This document shows positions 43,571 through 52,355 of a stretch of DNA of 64,000 nucleotides, in pieces. The stretch is from an uncultured Anaerolineaceae bacterium. Its GTDB lineage: Bacteria > Chloroflexota > Anaerolineae > Anaerolineales > UBA4823. Both the position numbers and the translations under genes were made by a program. The stretch is taken from contig CAYLPS010000004.1 of the NCBI GenBank assembly GCA_964385625.1, positions 6,407-70,406 of the forward strand, in the 5' to 3' direction. The notes under the pieces were generated by a model, which was not told the origin of the DNA, searched no databases, and saw nothing but the letters and a program-made list of their open reading frames with translations. How positions within the stretch are numbered: position 1 is the stretch's first letter; each line of letters opens with the position of its first letter.

Positions 43571-44930
43571 ACCAGCTGACGAAATGAGTGAGCTGGAATA
43601 TCTTGAATCTGCCAACCTAGCAGGTGATATCAATTGCCCCTACTGCCATGGCTTGGGGTATTTACGCCGCGACCTGCCCATCGGCCACCCTGATTTTGGC
43701 AAGCTGCAAATTTGCTCCTGCCGTCAAAATCAGGTGTCACAGCAAATCCACCAACGCCTGTTCTCCATCAGCAATCTGGAAAACCTGCAGCACCTGACCT
43801 TTGAGAATTTCCAGCCACGCGGTCGGATCGGTCTTGGTCCTTGGCAAGCTGATTCGCTCGAACGGGCTTTTAACCAGGCACAGCAATTCGCCCAAAAAGC
43901 CGAAGGTTGGCTGCTCTTCCAGGGTGGCTTTGGCTGCGGTAAAACCCACCTGGCTGCCGCCATTGCTAATTTCAGCGTCAGCCTGGGATTACCCACCCTC
44001 TTTATTACCGTCCCCGACCTGCTGGATGCGCTGCGTTTTGCCTATGACAACCCGGAGAGCACTTTTGAGCAGCGTTTCGAGGAAATCCGCGCCGCGCCCC
44101 TGCTGATCATGGACGATTTTGGTACCCAAAATGCCACCACCTGGGCACAGGAAAAGCTCTTCCAAATCCTTAATTATCGCTACATCAACAGGCTGCCCCT
44201 GGTGGTGACCACTAACCTGCTGCTTGAGCAAATCGAGGGGCGTATCCGCTCGCGCCTGGAAGACCCTGAGCTGGTCACCCGCGTCTTCATCCAGGCCCCC
44301 GATTACCGGCGTCCTACCGATGACACCACCCACTCCGACCTGTCATCCCTGGCCATGCATCACGAGCAAACCTTTAGCAGCTGGGACGACCGGCGGAACG
44401 AAGGTTTGGCTTTGGAAGAAATAAAAAGTCTGGAAAAAGCCCTCCTAACTGCCACGGAATATGCGAAATCACCCAATGGTTGGTTGGTCTTCACTGGAAT
44501 ATATGCCTGCGGGAAAACCCATCTGGCCGCGGCCATCGCAAACTCTCGCGCCGATATTTGCCAGCCTCCCATGCTCATCAGCGTGTCTGATTTACTCGAT
44601 CACCTTCGGGCTACATTCAGTTCCAACAGTCCCATCAGCCTCGACCGGCGCTTCGAGGAAATCCGCACCACCTCCTTGTTGATCTTGGATGCATTGGGAG
44701 AGCAGTCTCCAACACCATGGGCGAATGAAAAACTATTCCAGCTGATCGATTACCGCCACCTTAACAAATTACCCACAGTGATCACCACCGCTAAATTCTT
44801 GAATGGGTTGGATCCCAGGATTCTCAGCCGCATTTATGATACCCGCTTGTGTACGATTTGCTTAATCGATGCTCCCGGTTATACGGGAGGAACAACCAAA
44901 GTTACCAAACGGCGCAAACGCGTACACTGA
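43497..44930 (+). CDS. Helicase-loader-like protein with two tandem DnaC/DnaI-type AAA+ modules (start uncertain: 43497 or 43584)
   Basis: N-terminal Cys cluster CPYCHG...CSC. Module 1 has GGFGCGKTHLAAAIAN / LLIMDDFG; module 2 has GIYACGKTHLAAAIAN / LLILDALG. Confidence 0.75.
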   Translation: MTEKISRIDTTLKKLGENTENGKNEPADEMSELEYLESANLAGDINCPYCHGLGYLRRDLPIGHPDFGKLQICSCRQNQVSQQIHQRLFSISNLENLQHLTFENFQPRGRIGLGPWQADSLERAFNQAQQFAQKAEGWLLFQGGFGCGKTHLAAAIANFSVSLGLPTLFITVPDLLDALRFAYDNPESTFEQRFEEIRAAPLLIMDDFGTQNATTWAQEKLFQILNYRYINRLPLVVTTNLLLEQIEGRIRSRLEDPELVTRVFIQAPDYRRPTDDTTHSDLSSLAMHHEQTFSSWDDRRNEGLALEEIKSLEKALLTATEYAKSPNGWLVFTGIYACGKTHLAAAIANSRADICQPPMLISVSDLLDHLRATFSSNSPISLDRRFEEIRTTSLLILDALGEQSPTPWANEKLFQLIDYRHLNKLPTVITTAKFLNGLDPRILSRIYDTRLCTICLIDAPGYTGGTTKVTKRRKRVH

Positions 44931-44938
44931 TGCGAAAA

Positions 44939-44975
44939 AAACGACGGGGAATGAATAATGGCCGCCGTTTTAATT
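44939..44975. terminator. Probable bidirectional terminator between convergent genes
   Basis: AAACGACGG ... CCGCCGTTT (one mismatch) flanked by an A-run and a T-run. Confidence 0.45.
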
Positions 44976-44987
44976 CTATCGAGTTAA

Positions 44988-45569
44988 TCATTCCTCCCGC
45001 GTCAGCCAGCGATCCATACCAGTTGGATACTGGAAACTCTCCAGCTTATCGAGCAATCCCTGTGGTTCATCGTCCACCACGAATAATGAATGGTGCTCGG
45101 CATACATAAAACCCTCTTTGTGGGCGTACTCAATGGCCGCCAGTAGTGCATCGAAATAATGATATGCATTCAGCAAGCCAACCGGCTTGGTGTGCAGTCC
45201 AATTTGCGACCAGGTGAGCACCTCAAAAAGCTCCTCGAAAGTGCCATAACCTCCTGGTAGGGCAATAAATGCATCCGATATATCGACCAGGCGTTGCTTG
45301 CGGGCATGCATGCTCTCCACAATCTCGAGTTTTGACAGCCCATTATGCATCAATGTTGGGGTGGCAAACATGCCGGGGATCACGCCAACTACCTCACCAC
45401 CGGCTTCTAAAGCACCATCCGCCACCGCTCCCATCATACCGGTGCAACCAGCACCGTAATTCATAATTAATCCACGCCTGGCAATGGCGTTCCCCACTTT
45501 CCAGGCAGCTTGCAAGTAAGCTTCCCGCATTTTATCTGACGAGCCACAGTAAACACACACCGATTTCAT
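44988..45569 (-). CDS. LOG-family (TIGR00730-type) nucleotide phosphoribohydrolase
   Basis: VCVYCGSS, GGGxGxMG-like YGAGCTGMMGAV, and PGGYGTFEE motifs. Confidence 0.85.
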   Translation of the reverse strand: MKSVCVYCGSSDKMREAYLQAAWKVGNAIARRGLIMNYGAGCTGMMGAVADGALEAGGEVVGVIPGMFATPTLMHNGLSKLEIVESMHARKQRLVDISDAFIALPGGYGTFEELFEVLTWSQIGLHTKPVGLLNAYHYFDALLAAIEYAHKEGFMYAEHHSLFVVDDEPQGLLDKLESFQYPTGMDRWLTREE

Positions 45570-45765
45570 AGCACCTTTTCCCTGATAATTATCGATCGAA
45601 TTTCGTAATTATAGCATCCCCAGATATCGCCTAAAAAATCATCCAAATTATAGTAAGATATAGCCTTCAAGATCTAAGAACAATCCTCGGATAATCTGTG
45701 CCATAATTGTTGTGAATGCCTTAAAATTGGTGGAGACCAAATGAAGATGTATTACTAGGAAGGAC

Positions 45766-46689
45766 TTGTTCATGCATACAGTTGAAATTTCACATATCAG
45801 CAAATCTTTCGGCGCTTTGAAGGCTGTTGATGATGTCTCATTCGAAGTGGAAAAAGGCGAGATATTCGGACTTCTGGGTCCAAATGGAGCCGGCAAGACC
45901 ACATCTATAAGGGTGATGCTAGACATCTTCAAACCCGATCAGGGCAATGTCAATATCCTGGGTGGACCCATGACCGAAGCGAAGAAAGATCGTATCGGCT
46001 ATATGCCTGAAGAGCGAGGCATGTATCAGGATATCCCGCTAGATCGCTGCCTGACATACTTGGCTACCCTGAAGGGGCTGACACCTGCTGAAGCTCATTC
46101 CAGAATGGTCAGGTACCTTCAAAGCTTTGACTTGATGTCCTCACGCTATAAAAAAGTCAAGGAGCTCAGCAAGGGTATGCAACAAAAGGCTCAGCTAATC
46201 ACCACACTTATCCATGAACCTGAGCTGGTCATCATCGATGAACCATTCGGCGGCCTCGATCCGGTTAATACCCAGATGGTAAAAGACCTGTTGCGCGAGC
46301 AGCGTGATAAGGGAGTGACCATCCTTATGTCTACTCACCAGATGCACCAGGTGGAAGAACTCTGCGATCGCATTGTGTTGATCGACCACGGACGGACTGT
46401 CCTATATGGTCGATTGGACGAGATCAGGCGTCAATTCGCCGGACATGCGGTCATCGTTCAAACACCCGATGCAATCCCCGAGCTGGCTGGCGTAACTAAT
46501 ATCGAAAAACACAACTCATCAGCAATTCGGCTCAACCTGGCCCAATCAACCAGCACCCAGGATGTGCTACGGAGGTTGGTTGAACAGGGCATCCGGGTAG
46601 ATCAATTCGAGATCGCCACACCCACCCTGGATGAAATTTTCATCCGTGTGGTGCAGAAAGACAACCAGGAGCTAGGAGCCAAGTCATGA
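45766..46689 (+). CDS. ABC transporter ATP-binding protein (ABC-2 type)
   Basis: Walker A GPNGAGKTT, signature LSKGMQQK, Walker B LVIIDEP. Confidence 0.9.
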   Translation: MFMHTVEISHISKSFGALKAVDDVSFEVEKGEIFGLLGPNGAGKTTSIRVMLDIFKPDQGNVNILGGPMTEAKKDRIGYMPEERGMYQDIPLDRCLTYLATLKGLTPAEAHSRMVRYLQSFDLMSSRYKKVKELSKGMQQKAQLITTLIHEPELVIIDEPFGGLDPVNTQMVKDLLREQRDKGVTILMSTHQMHQVEELCDRIVLIDHGRTVLYGRLDEIRRQFAGHAVIVQTPDAIPELAGVTNIEKHNSSAIRLNLAQSTSTQDVLRRLVEQGIRVDQFEIATPTLDEIFIRVVQKDNQELGAKS

Positions 46690-47888
46690 ATAAGTTCTGG
46701 CAGGTTACCTGGCATGAATATTCCAGGCACGTGTTGCGTAAGCGTTTTATATTTGCTTTGTTGAGTGTGCCATTCTTTATCGCAATCACGATTGGATTGG
46801 TTGTCTTGATTATATGGATGCAATCGACCCCTACCCCGGTTGGCTACATCGATCAATCGGGTTTACTGGCAAATCCAGTCCCGCGGCCGCCGGTGAAATT
46901 CCCCGAGCGCTTGATACCGATTCAGGCTTATCCAGATGAGGCTAAAGCCATGGCTGACCTCGAAGCTGGCAAATTGCAGGTGTATTATGTGGTCCCGGCG
47001 GATTTTCTCCAATCTGGTCAAGTCACCCAATTTTATAAAAATAATCCTGAAGAGTTAGCAGTCAATCAATTCAATACCATTTTAACCGCTAATTTACTGT
47101 CTAAACAACCGGCTGATATCGCCAATCGAATACTCAATGGAAACCAGCTGATTGTTCAATCGGTGGATAAATCCAGGGAAGTTTCGCTTGAAGGCATCGT
47201 CAACATTATCTTGCCCTTCATAGCAGGCATCCTGTTCATCGTGGCTATGAGCACCAGCTCGGGATATTTGTTGCAAGCAGTGGTGGAAGAAAAAGAAAAC
47301 CGCACCATGGAAATCGTGGTGACATCCGTATCACCAGGCCAGCTTATGAGCGGAAAAATCCTGGCAGATATTGGTATAGGCGTCACCCAGCTAGTTGTTT
47401 GGGGAATATTCATTGTTTTGGTATTGTTGCTGGGCAAGCCCTACTTCTCATTCCTGAGTGGGCTCACCTTTTCCGGCAGCATGATTGTAACCCTGATTGC
47501 AGTGATGGTACCGGCGTTTGTTATGATTTGTGGCCTGATGGCCGCCGTGGGGGCAACGGTAACGGAAGCCAGCGAGGGTCAGCAAATCATGGCTTTGTTC
47601 ACCATCCCGATCTGGATTCCCTATTTATTGATATCGGTCTTTATCCAAAATCCCAACAGCCCACTGGTAATCGCTATGAGCATCTTCCCGTTAACTGCCC
47701 CGATGTCGGTTGCCATGCGTATCGGATTCACGAATATTCCTTCCTGGCAGGTCCTAGCTTCAATCGTCCTGTTGGTGCTATCAGCGATTGGCGCAATTTG
47801 GCTGGCGGGCAGGGTTTTTCGCCTGGGCATGTTGCGCTACGGCCAGCGATTACGCTGGAATGAAATTTTTAGTCGTCAGAGAGTATAA
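46686..47888 (+). CDS. ABC-2 family transporter permease
   Basis: ATGA overlap with the ATPase gene. One N-terminal span plus a C-terminal multi-span region after a large loop. Confidence 0.75.
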   Translation: MNKFWQVTWHEYSRHVLRKRFIFALLSVPFFIAITIGLVVLIIWMQSTPTPVGYIDQSGLLANPVPRPPVKFPERLIPIQAYPDEAKAMADLEAGKLQVYYVVPADFLQSGQVTQFYKNNPEELAVNQFNTILTANLLSKQPADIANRILNGNQLIVQSVDKSREVSLEGIVNIILPFIAGILFIVAMSTSSGYLLQAVVEEKENRTMEIVVTSVSPGQLMSGKILADIGIGVTQLVVWGIFIVLVLLLGKPYFSFLSGLTFSGSMIVTLIAVMVPAFVMICGLMAAVGATVTEASEGQQIMALFTIPIWIPYLLISVFIQNPNSPLVIAMSIFPLTAPMSVAMRIGFTNIPSWQVLASIVLLVLSAIGAIWLAGRVFRLGMLRYGQRLRWNEIFSRQRV

Positions 47889-47891
47889 ACT

Positions 47892-49124
47892 ATGAACAAA
47901 ATCTGGTTGGTTTTACGCCAAGAAATCGTCAATACCCTTTCACGCAAATCGTTTCTATTTGCCATGTTCGGCATTCCTATCATCGGAGTGGTGGTCTTCC
48001 TCATCGCCGGTCAGCTTTCCAAAGACAACCCGGCACAAAATATAATCAGCCAGTTGATCGGCAGCCCTCCTGGTGTGCAAACCGAGGGCTATGTGGACCT
48101 GAGCGGGATAATCAAGAAGTTACCGGCCAATGTGCCCACCAGCGTCTTAGAGGCCTTTCCCAATGAAGCAGCGGCTATGGAAGCGATGAAAAAAGGTGAA
48201 ATTTCGGGCTATTACATCATTCCTCCCGATTACATCCAAACCGGAGAGATTACCTACATACCGGTGAATTTCAGCCCTCTCGGATCAACAGGCAAATCAA
48301 GCACGCTTGACTACGTGATCAATTACAATTTATTGGATGAGAATGCTCAGCTCGCGAATCTGGTCAATGGCCCTTCTGTAATACCGCATCCCCTTTCGGC
48401 TGCACCACAGCGAGAACAAAGTAACCCGCTCACCTATTTCCTGCCGTATGGCGCCACGATGCTGTTCTACATTATCATCCTCAGCGCAGCCAGCCTGCTG
48501 CTGAGCAGTGTGGCCAAGGAAAAGGAAAACCGGGTGATTGAAATCTTGATGTTATCTGTCACGCCGCGCCAGCTGCTCACCGGCAAGATTGTGGGCTTGG
48601 GATTGCTTGGCCTGCTACAAACGATCATCTGGGTTGGAACCGCACGCATCTTGCTGGCTCAGGGAGGCTCAATTTTCAATCTGCCGGCTGCATTTCAGCT
48701 GCCTGCCTCGTTCCTGGTGTGGGGGATCATCTTCTTCGTGCTGGGTTATGCGGTATATGCCAGCCTGATGGCCGGCTTGGGCGCCTTGGTACCCAACCTG
48801 CGCGAAGCCACTCAAGCCACCATCATGGTGATTTTCCCGCTGATCATCCCCATCTTCCTGCTCAGTGTCTTGATCAATGAGCCCAATAACATGCTGTCTA
48901 TCGTTCTGAGCATCTTCCCATTTACTGCTCCCATTGCCATGATCACCCGCCTGTCTGCAATAGAAGTGCCCCTATGGCAAATCCTGGTGGCGATTACTTT
49001 ATTGCTCATCACAACCGTGTTGATCGTTCGGGCAGTAGCGCGCATGTTCCAGGCCCAAACCATCTTATCCGGGCAACCTTTCAGCCGCAAGTTATTTATC
49101 AACACGCTGTTCGGTAGGGCTTAA
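47892..49124 (+). CDS. ABC-2 family transporter permease (paralogue)
   Basis: Same architecture as the upstream permease (KEKENR motif before the membrane block). Confidence 0.75.
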   Translation: MNKIWLVLRQEIVNTLSRKSFLFAMFGIPIIGVVVFLIAGQLSKDNPAQNIISQLIGSPPGVQTEGYVDLSGIIKKLPANVPTSVLEAFPNEAAAMEAMKKGEISGYYIIPPDYIQTGEITYIPVNFSPLGSTGKSSTLDYVINYNLLDENAQLANLVNGPSVIPHPLSAAPQREQSNPLTYFLPYGATMLFYIIILSAASLLLSSVAKEKENRVIEILMLSVTPRQLLTGKIVGLGLLGLLQTIIWVGTARILLAQGGSIFNLPAAFQLPASFLVWGIIFFVLGYAVYASLMAGLGALVPNLREATQATIMVIFPLIIPIFLLSVLINEPNNMLSIVLSIFPFTAPIAMITRLSAIEVPLWQILVAITLLLITTVLIVRAVARMFQAQTILSGQPFSRKLFINTLFGRA

Positions 49125-49162
49125 GCTGGCTCACCAGCCCAAGACGAATCAATTCTAAATGC

Positions 49163-49600
49163 TCATGCTTCCAGCCAAATGGTCACCGGGCCATCGTTGG
49201 CGATTTCAACCAGCATATGTGCGCCAAACTCACCTGTCTGGGTGGGCACTCCCTGTTCCCGCAACAACTCTGCGAAACGCTCTACCAGCGGACGGGCTAC
49301 ACCTGGTGAGGCTGCGTCAGTAAAAGAGGGTCGCCTGCCCTTTCGGGTATCGGCATACAATGTAAATTGTGAGACGATGATTGCCTCTCCCTGCACATCC
49401 AGTATTGAAAGGTTCATTTTTCCTTGCTGATCTTCGAAGATCCGCAGCTGAGCGATCTTGTCAGCTAAATTTCGCACTTGCTCTTCTCCGTCCTGCGGGC
49501 CTATTCCAAGCAAGATTACCAACCCCTTACCTATCTCAGCAATGGTCTGACCTGCTACCAGCACCCTGCCTGATTTGGCCCTTTGCATTACAAGGCGCAT
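49163..49600 (-). CDS. dtd: D-aminoacyl-tRNA deacylase
   Basis: MRLVMQRA...[17 protein letters not shown]...GEFGAHM is a typical Dtd sequence. Confidence 0.9.
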   Translation of the reverse strand: MRLVMQRAKSGRVLVAGQTIAEIGKGLVILLGIGPQDGEEQVRNLADKIAQLRIFEDQQGKMNLSILDVQGEAIIVSQFTLYADTRKGRRPSFTDAASPGVARPLVERFAELLREQGVPTQTGEFGAHMLVEIANDGPVTIWLEA

Positions 49601-49607
49601 AAATTGC

Positions 49608-50153
49608 TTATCCTTTTGGAATGCGCAGCAGGGCGAAGGATACCGCTGCTGCCCAGGCTAATACCTTGAATTCACCGTTCAATAATGCAGTTTCGAGATC
49701 ATCCCGGCGCAGCATGAGTATCTCTTGCTCCTCAAGATCATCGCTTTCAATTGACGTGACCCGTCTCGCCTGACAAGCCAGAAACAAATAACCTGTCGCA
49801 ACTCCCCGGTTGGGATCTACGATGTAACTTCCCAGGGAATGCCAGTCTTGTGCAATATAACCGGTCTCTTCACGCAGCTCACGCTGTGCAGCTGACAGAG
49901 GGGTTTCCCCTGGCTCGACATAACCTCCTACCAGTGCCAGCATGGGCTCATCCACCGCATACTTGAGCTGCTTGAAGCACAAAAACAATCCTTCATCGGT
50001 CTGTACCACCACGTTGATGTAATCAGGCGTTTTAATCCATGTCCAATCGGTTATGATGCGTCCGCCAGGCAGCTTCACTTCGTGATACTCCACCCTCAGC
50101 CAGGGTGGCTGGTCCATAATGAGGCGTCGGTTGAGTGTTTTCCAGGCAGTCAT
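49608..50153 (-). CDS. NUDIX hydrolase
   Basis: Nudix box [24 protein letters not shown]. The start was set at ATG 50153, just downstream of the trpS stop. Confidence 0.8.
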   Translation of the reverse strand: MTAWKTLNRRLIMDQPPWLRVEYHEVKLPGGRIITDWTWIKTPDYINVVVQTDEGLFLCFKQLKYAVDEPMLALVGGYVEPGETPLSAAQRELREETGYIAQDWHSLGSYIVDPNRGVATGYLFLACQARRVTSIESDDLEEQEILMLRRDDLETALLNGEFKVLAWAAAVSFALLRIPKG

Positions 50154-50160
50154 GATCGCT

Positions 50161-51153
50161 TTATGGCAGCCCAACCGCCCCACGAACTTCTGCCATGGTC
50201 TGCTCGGCAATCTTGCGCGCCCGGTTTGCACCATCATCCAGCACACCCATCACGTAATTGGGGTCCTTGGCTAATTCGTTCCGACGTTCTCGGAAAGGTG
50301 CCAGGTGGGTGTTCAGGTTTTTCGCGTACAGCATCTTGCAATCCACACAGCCAATCCCTGCCCGCCGGCACTCCCGATCAACCATGGCTATTTCATCAGG
50401 CGAAGAGAATATCTTGTGCATGGTGAACACATTGCAGATATCAGGATTGCCCGGGTCGCTGCGCAGGATGCGGGCTGGGTCAGTCATCATCATCCTCACT
50501 CGTTGGGTAGTCTCTTCGGGTGTAGCGGCAATTTCGATATGGTTATTGAGGCTCTTGCTCATCTTTTCCACCCCGTCGATGCCCAGCACCTTGGGAATTT
50601 CAGTATTTTTCATCTGTGGCTCGATTAGAACACCCGTGTTGTAGCGGAAATTAAACGAGCGCACGGTCTCACGAGCATATTCGAGGTGGGGTTGCTGGTC
50701 GATACCCACCGGCACAATATTCGCCTTGTACAGCACAATATCGGCGGTCATTAACACCGGGTAGCCCACCAGGCCATAGTTTACATTGTTGGGTTGAAAG
50801 CGCACCTTTTCTTTAAATGTTGGCAGATCAGTTAACTTGCCCAGCGGTGATACCATGGAAAGGATCAGGTGCAGCTCGGTAACTTGCGGGACGTGTGATT
50901 GGATGAACATGATGGTTTCTTCCGGTCGGATGCCCGCCGCCAGGAAGTCCAATGCCATCTCCAGGGTGTTCTGGCGGAGATTGATGGTGTCCTCAACCGT
51001 GGTCAGGGCGTGCAGGTCGACGATGCAGTAAATGCATTCATATTCATCCTGCAAAGCCACATAATTCTTGATCGCTCCCAGGTAATTGCCCAAATGCTGC
51101 CGGCCCGTGGGGCGGGCTCCCGAGAAAACGCGCCCTTTCTTTTGAGAGCTCAT
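50161..51153 (-). CDS. trpS: Tryptophan--tRNA ligase
   Basis: RPTGRQHLGNYLGA (HIGH-type) and KMSKS motifs. ATG at 51153 is preceded by AAGGAG. Confidence 0.9.
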   Translation of the reverse strand: MSSQKKGRVFSGARPTGRQHLGNYLGAIKNYVALQDEYECIYCIVDLHALTTVEDTINLRQNTLEMALDFLAAGIRPEETIMFIQSHVPQVTELHLILSMVSPLGKLTDLPTFKEKVRFQPNNVNYGLVGYPVLMTADIVLYKANIVPVGIDQQPHLEYARETVRSFNFRYNTGVLIEPQMKNTEIPKVLGIDGVEKMSKSLNNHIEIAATPEETTQRVRMMMTDPARILRSDPGNPDICNVFTMHKIFSSPDEIAMVDRECRRAGIGCVDCKMLYAKNLNTHLAPFRERRNELAKDPNYVMGVLDDGANRARKIAEQTMAEVRGAVGLP

Positions 51154-51209
51154 AACTTCTCCTTTCACTCATCGTTTCATTTTTACTGTCAGGGTAAGAA
51201 CCATCGAAA

Positions 51210-51452
51210 TTATTCTTGCCTCAGGTATTTCCTCACCAATCCTGCAATCTCACCCAGTTCTGCGTGCCGATGGGTTTCCAGCTTGGAATACAACAGCTTT
51301 CCATTTATCGAAAACTCGAACCTCCCCCCATCAGAAGGCACCAGGGTGATTGATTCAATATCTGGCTCAAATTCATCAAGTAATTCGGCTGCCAGACCGG
51401 TAGCCCGCTCGGTATAGTGTCAGACCGCACAATAAATCAGCTCAATTTTCAT
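51210..51452 (-). CDS. SelW-like (Rdx family) selenoprotein, 80 aa with Sec at codon 11 (in-frame TGA 51420-51422)
   Basis: MKIELIYCAV-U-HYTERATGLAAELLDEFEPDIESITLVPSDGGRFEFSINGKLLYSKLETHRHAELGEIAGLVRKYLRQE. It has a CxxU redox motif and the Rdx-type GGRFE...NG.L.YSK pattern. A hairpin lies 15 nt after the UGA (51387-51405). Confidence 0.75.
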
Positions 51453-51475
51453 CAACGTTGCAAACCTCTGAAATG

Positions 51476-51513
51476 CTAAGAATAAACACCCCTGCCGGTG
51501 ATGCGACAGGGGT
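51476..51513 (-). terminator. Terminator/attenuator-like hairpin in the leader of the selW-like/trpS operon
   Basis: Minus strand reads ACCCCUGUCG-CAUCA-CCGGCAGGGGU followed by GUUUAUUCUU, and preceded by U8. Confidence 0.4.
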
Positions 51514-52065
51514 AAAAAAAAGCCAGCTTCACTCTTCAAGTACGGTGCAATGCACGATACCTTTTGCCTGGCTAACGGTGGCAGCTCCGGCACGGGATAA
51601 TCCCAGAGAGGTTTCACCCTGCAGCTCTGAAGTCCATTCAACGCAGGCGCACGGGCGGGATTTGCACCAGCTACCGCTCTCTTTTCCGCCGCTTCCGCGC
51701 ATACTCGTCTTCGTCAACGCTATTTTTTATCGAAGGGTAGTATAACATAAATAGGTTTGGAGAAGGAAAATTCTATACCTGTAAGGGTTTTTTTTCATTA
51801 CTATATTTTCTATGCTATGGGGAGGGATGGTTATCAGTTTGTATTTCTAAATTATCCCGGTTTGACCGATATGGCTTTTCCTACACCTTGTGCTTGATGC
51901 TCTCATGAACAGGCTTGTTTGGGCGGGATATGGGATTCCTTAATGTAAAAATAAACTTGCTGGGTAATATGACCTGTTGACGATTAATAATCACCTCATT
52001 ATCGTTTGCTGGGATTTTGAATATTTGCAGCCGGGTCGATCTTATTATTCCTGGTACCCGGGAGG

Positions 52066-52176
52066 GGTAATCGTGCCGCACGATTAATTATTATTTTCAG
52101 GCTGATCCAGGCTATCGGAGGCGCTTTCTTAATTTCCAACTCAGCTGCAATCATAACCGATGCCTTCCCGCCTGAG
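52066..52176 (+). pseudogene. Possible relic of an MFS transporter gene
   Basis: Translates to GNRAARLIIIFRLIQAIGGAFLISNSAAIITDAFPPE, resembling the R.(I/L)QG.G.A...P...A.I...FP TM4-5 signature of drug-efflux MFS proteins. No intact ORF surrounds it. Confidence 0.3.
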
Positions 52177-52355
52177 CCGTATTCGCTTAACCTTGAAAAC
52201 AAGTCGCGCCAACCGTACGGTCGAGGTAGCCCTTCCTGGTGGTTGTGGAATGAGCTGAGCCGGGCAAATAAGAGGATATTTCTGCACCTAATCACTCCAA
52301 ATTCAAGCTGCAGCCTCTCCCAAATATGCTACAATTTATCCGCTATAAGGAGGAT

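Noticed and set aside
50899-51417. 172-aa ORF on the + strand
   Set aside because: It is antisense to trpS and to the SelW-like gene, both of which are strongly supported.
51420-51641. 73-aa ORF (minus strand) from the ORF track
   Set aside because: Only its last 10 codons (MKIELIYCAV) are real. They are the N-terminus of the selenoprotein, which continues through the TGA. The upstream part is leader sequence.
51530-51700. tRNA-Sec (selC) or canonical Trp T-box in the leader
   Set aside because: CUUCAGA contains UCA but no cloverleaf can be drawn. GAA-UGG-A fits a Trp specifier context, but the conserved T-box 14-mer (AGGGUGGNACCGCG) and an antiterminator pairing with the terminator were not found (AGGGUGAAACC lacks the UGGN element and is about 110 nt too far upstream).
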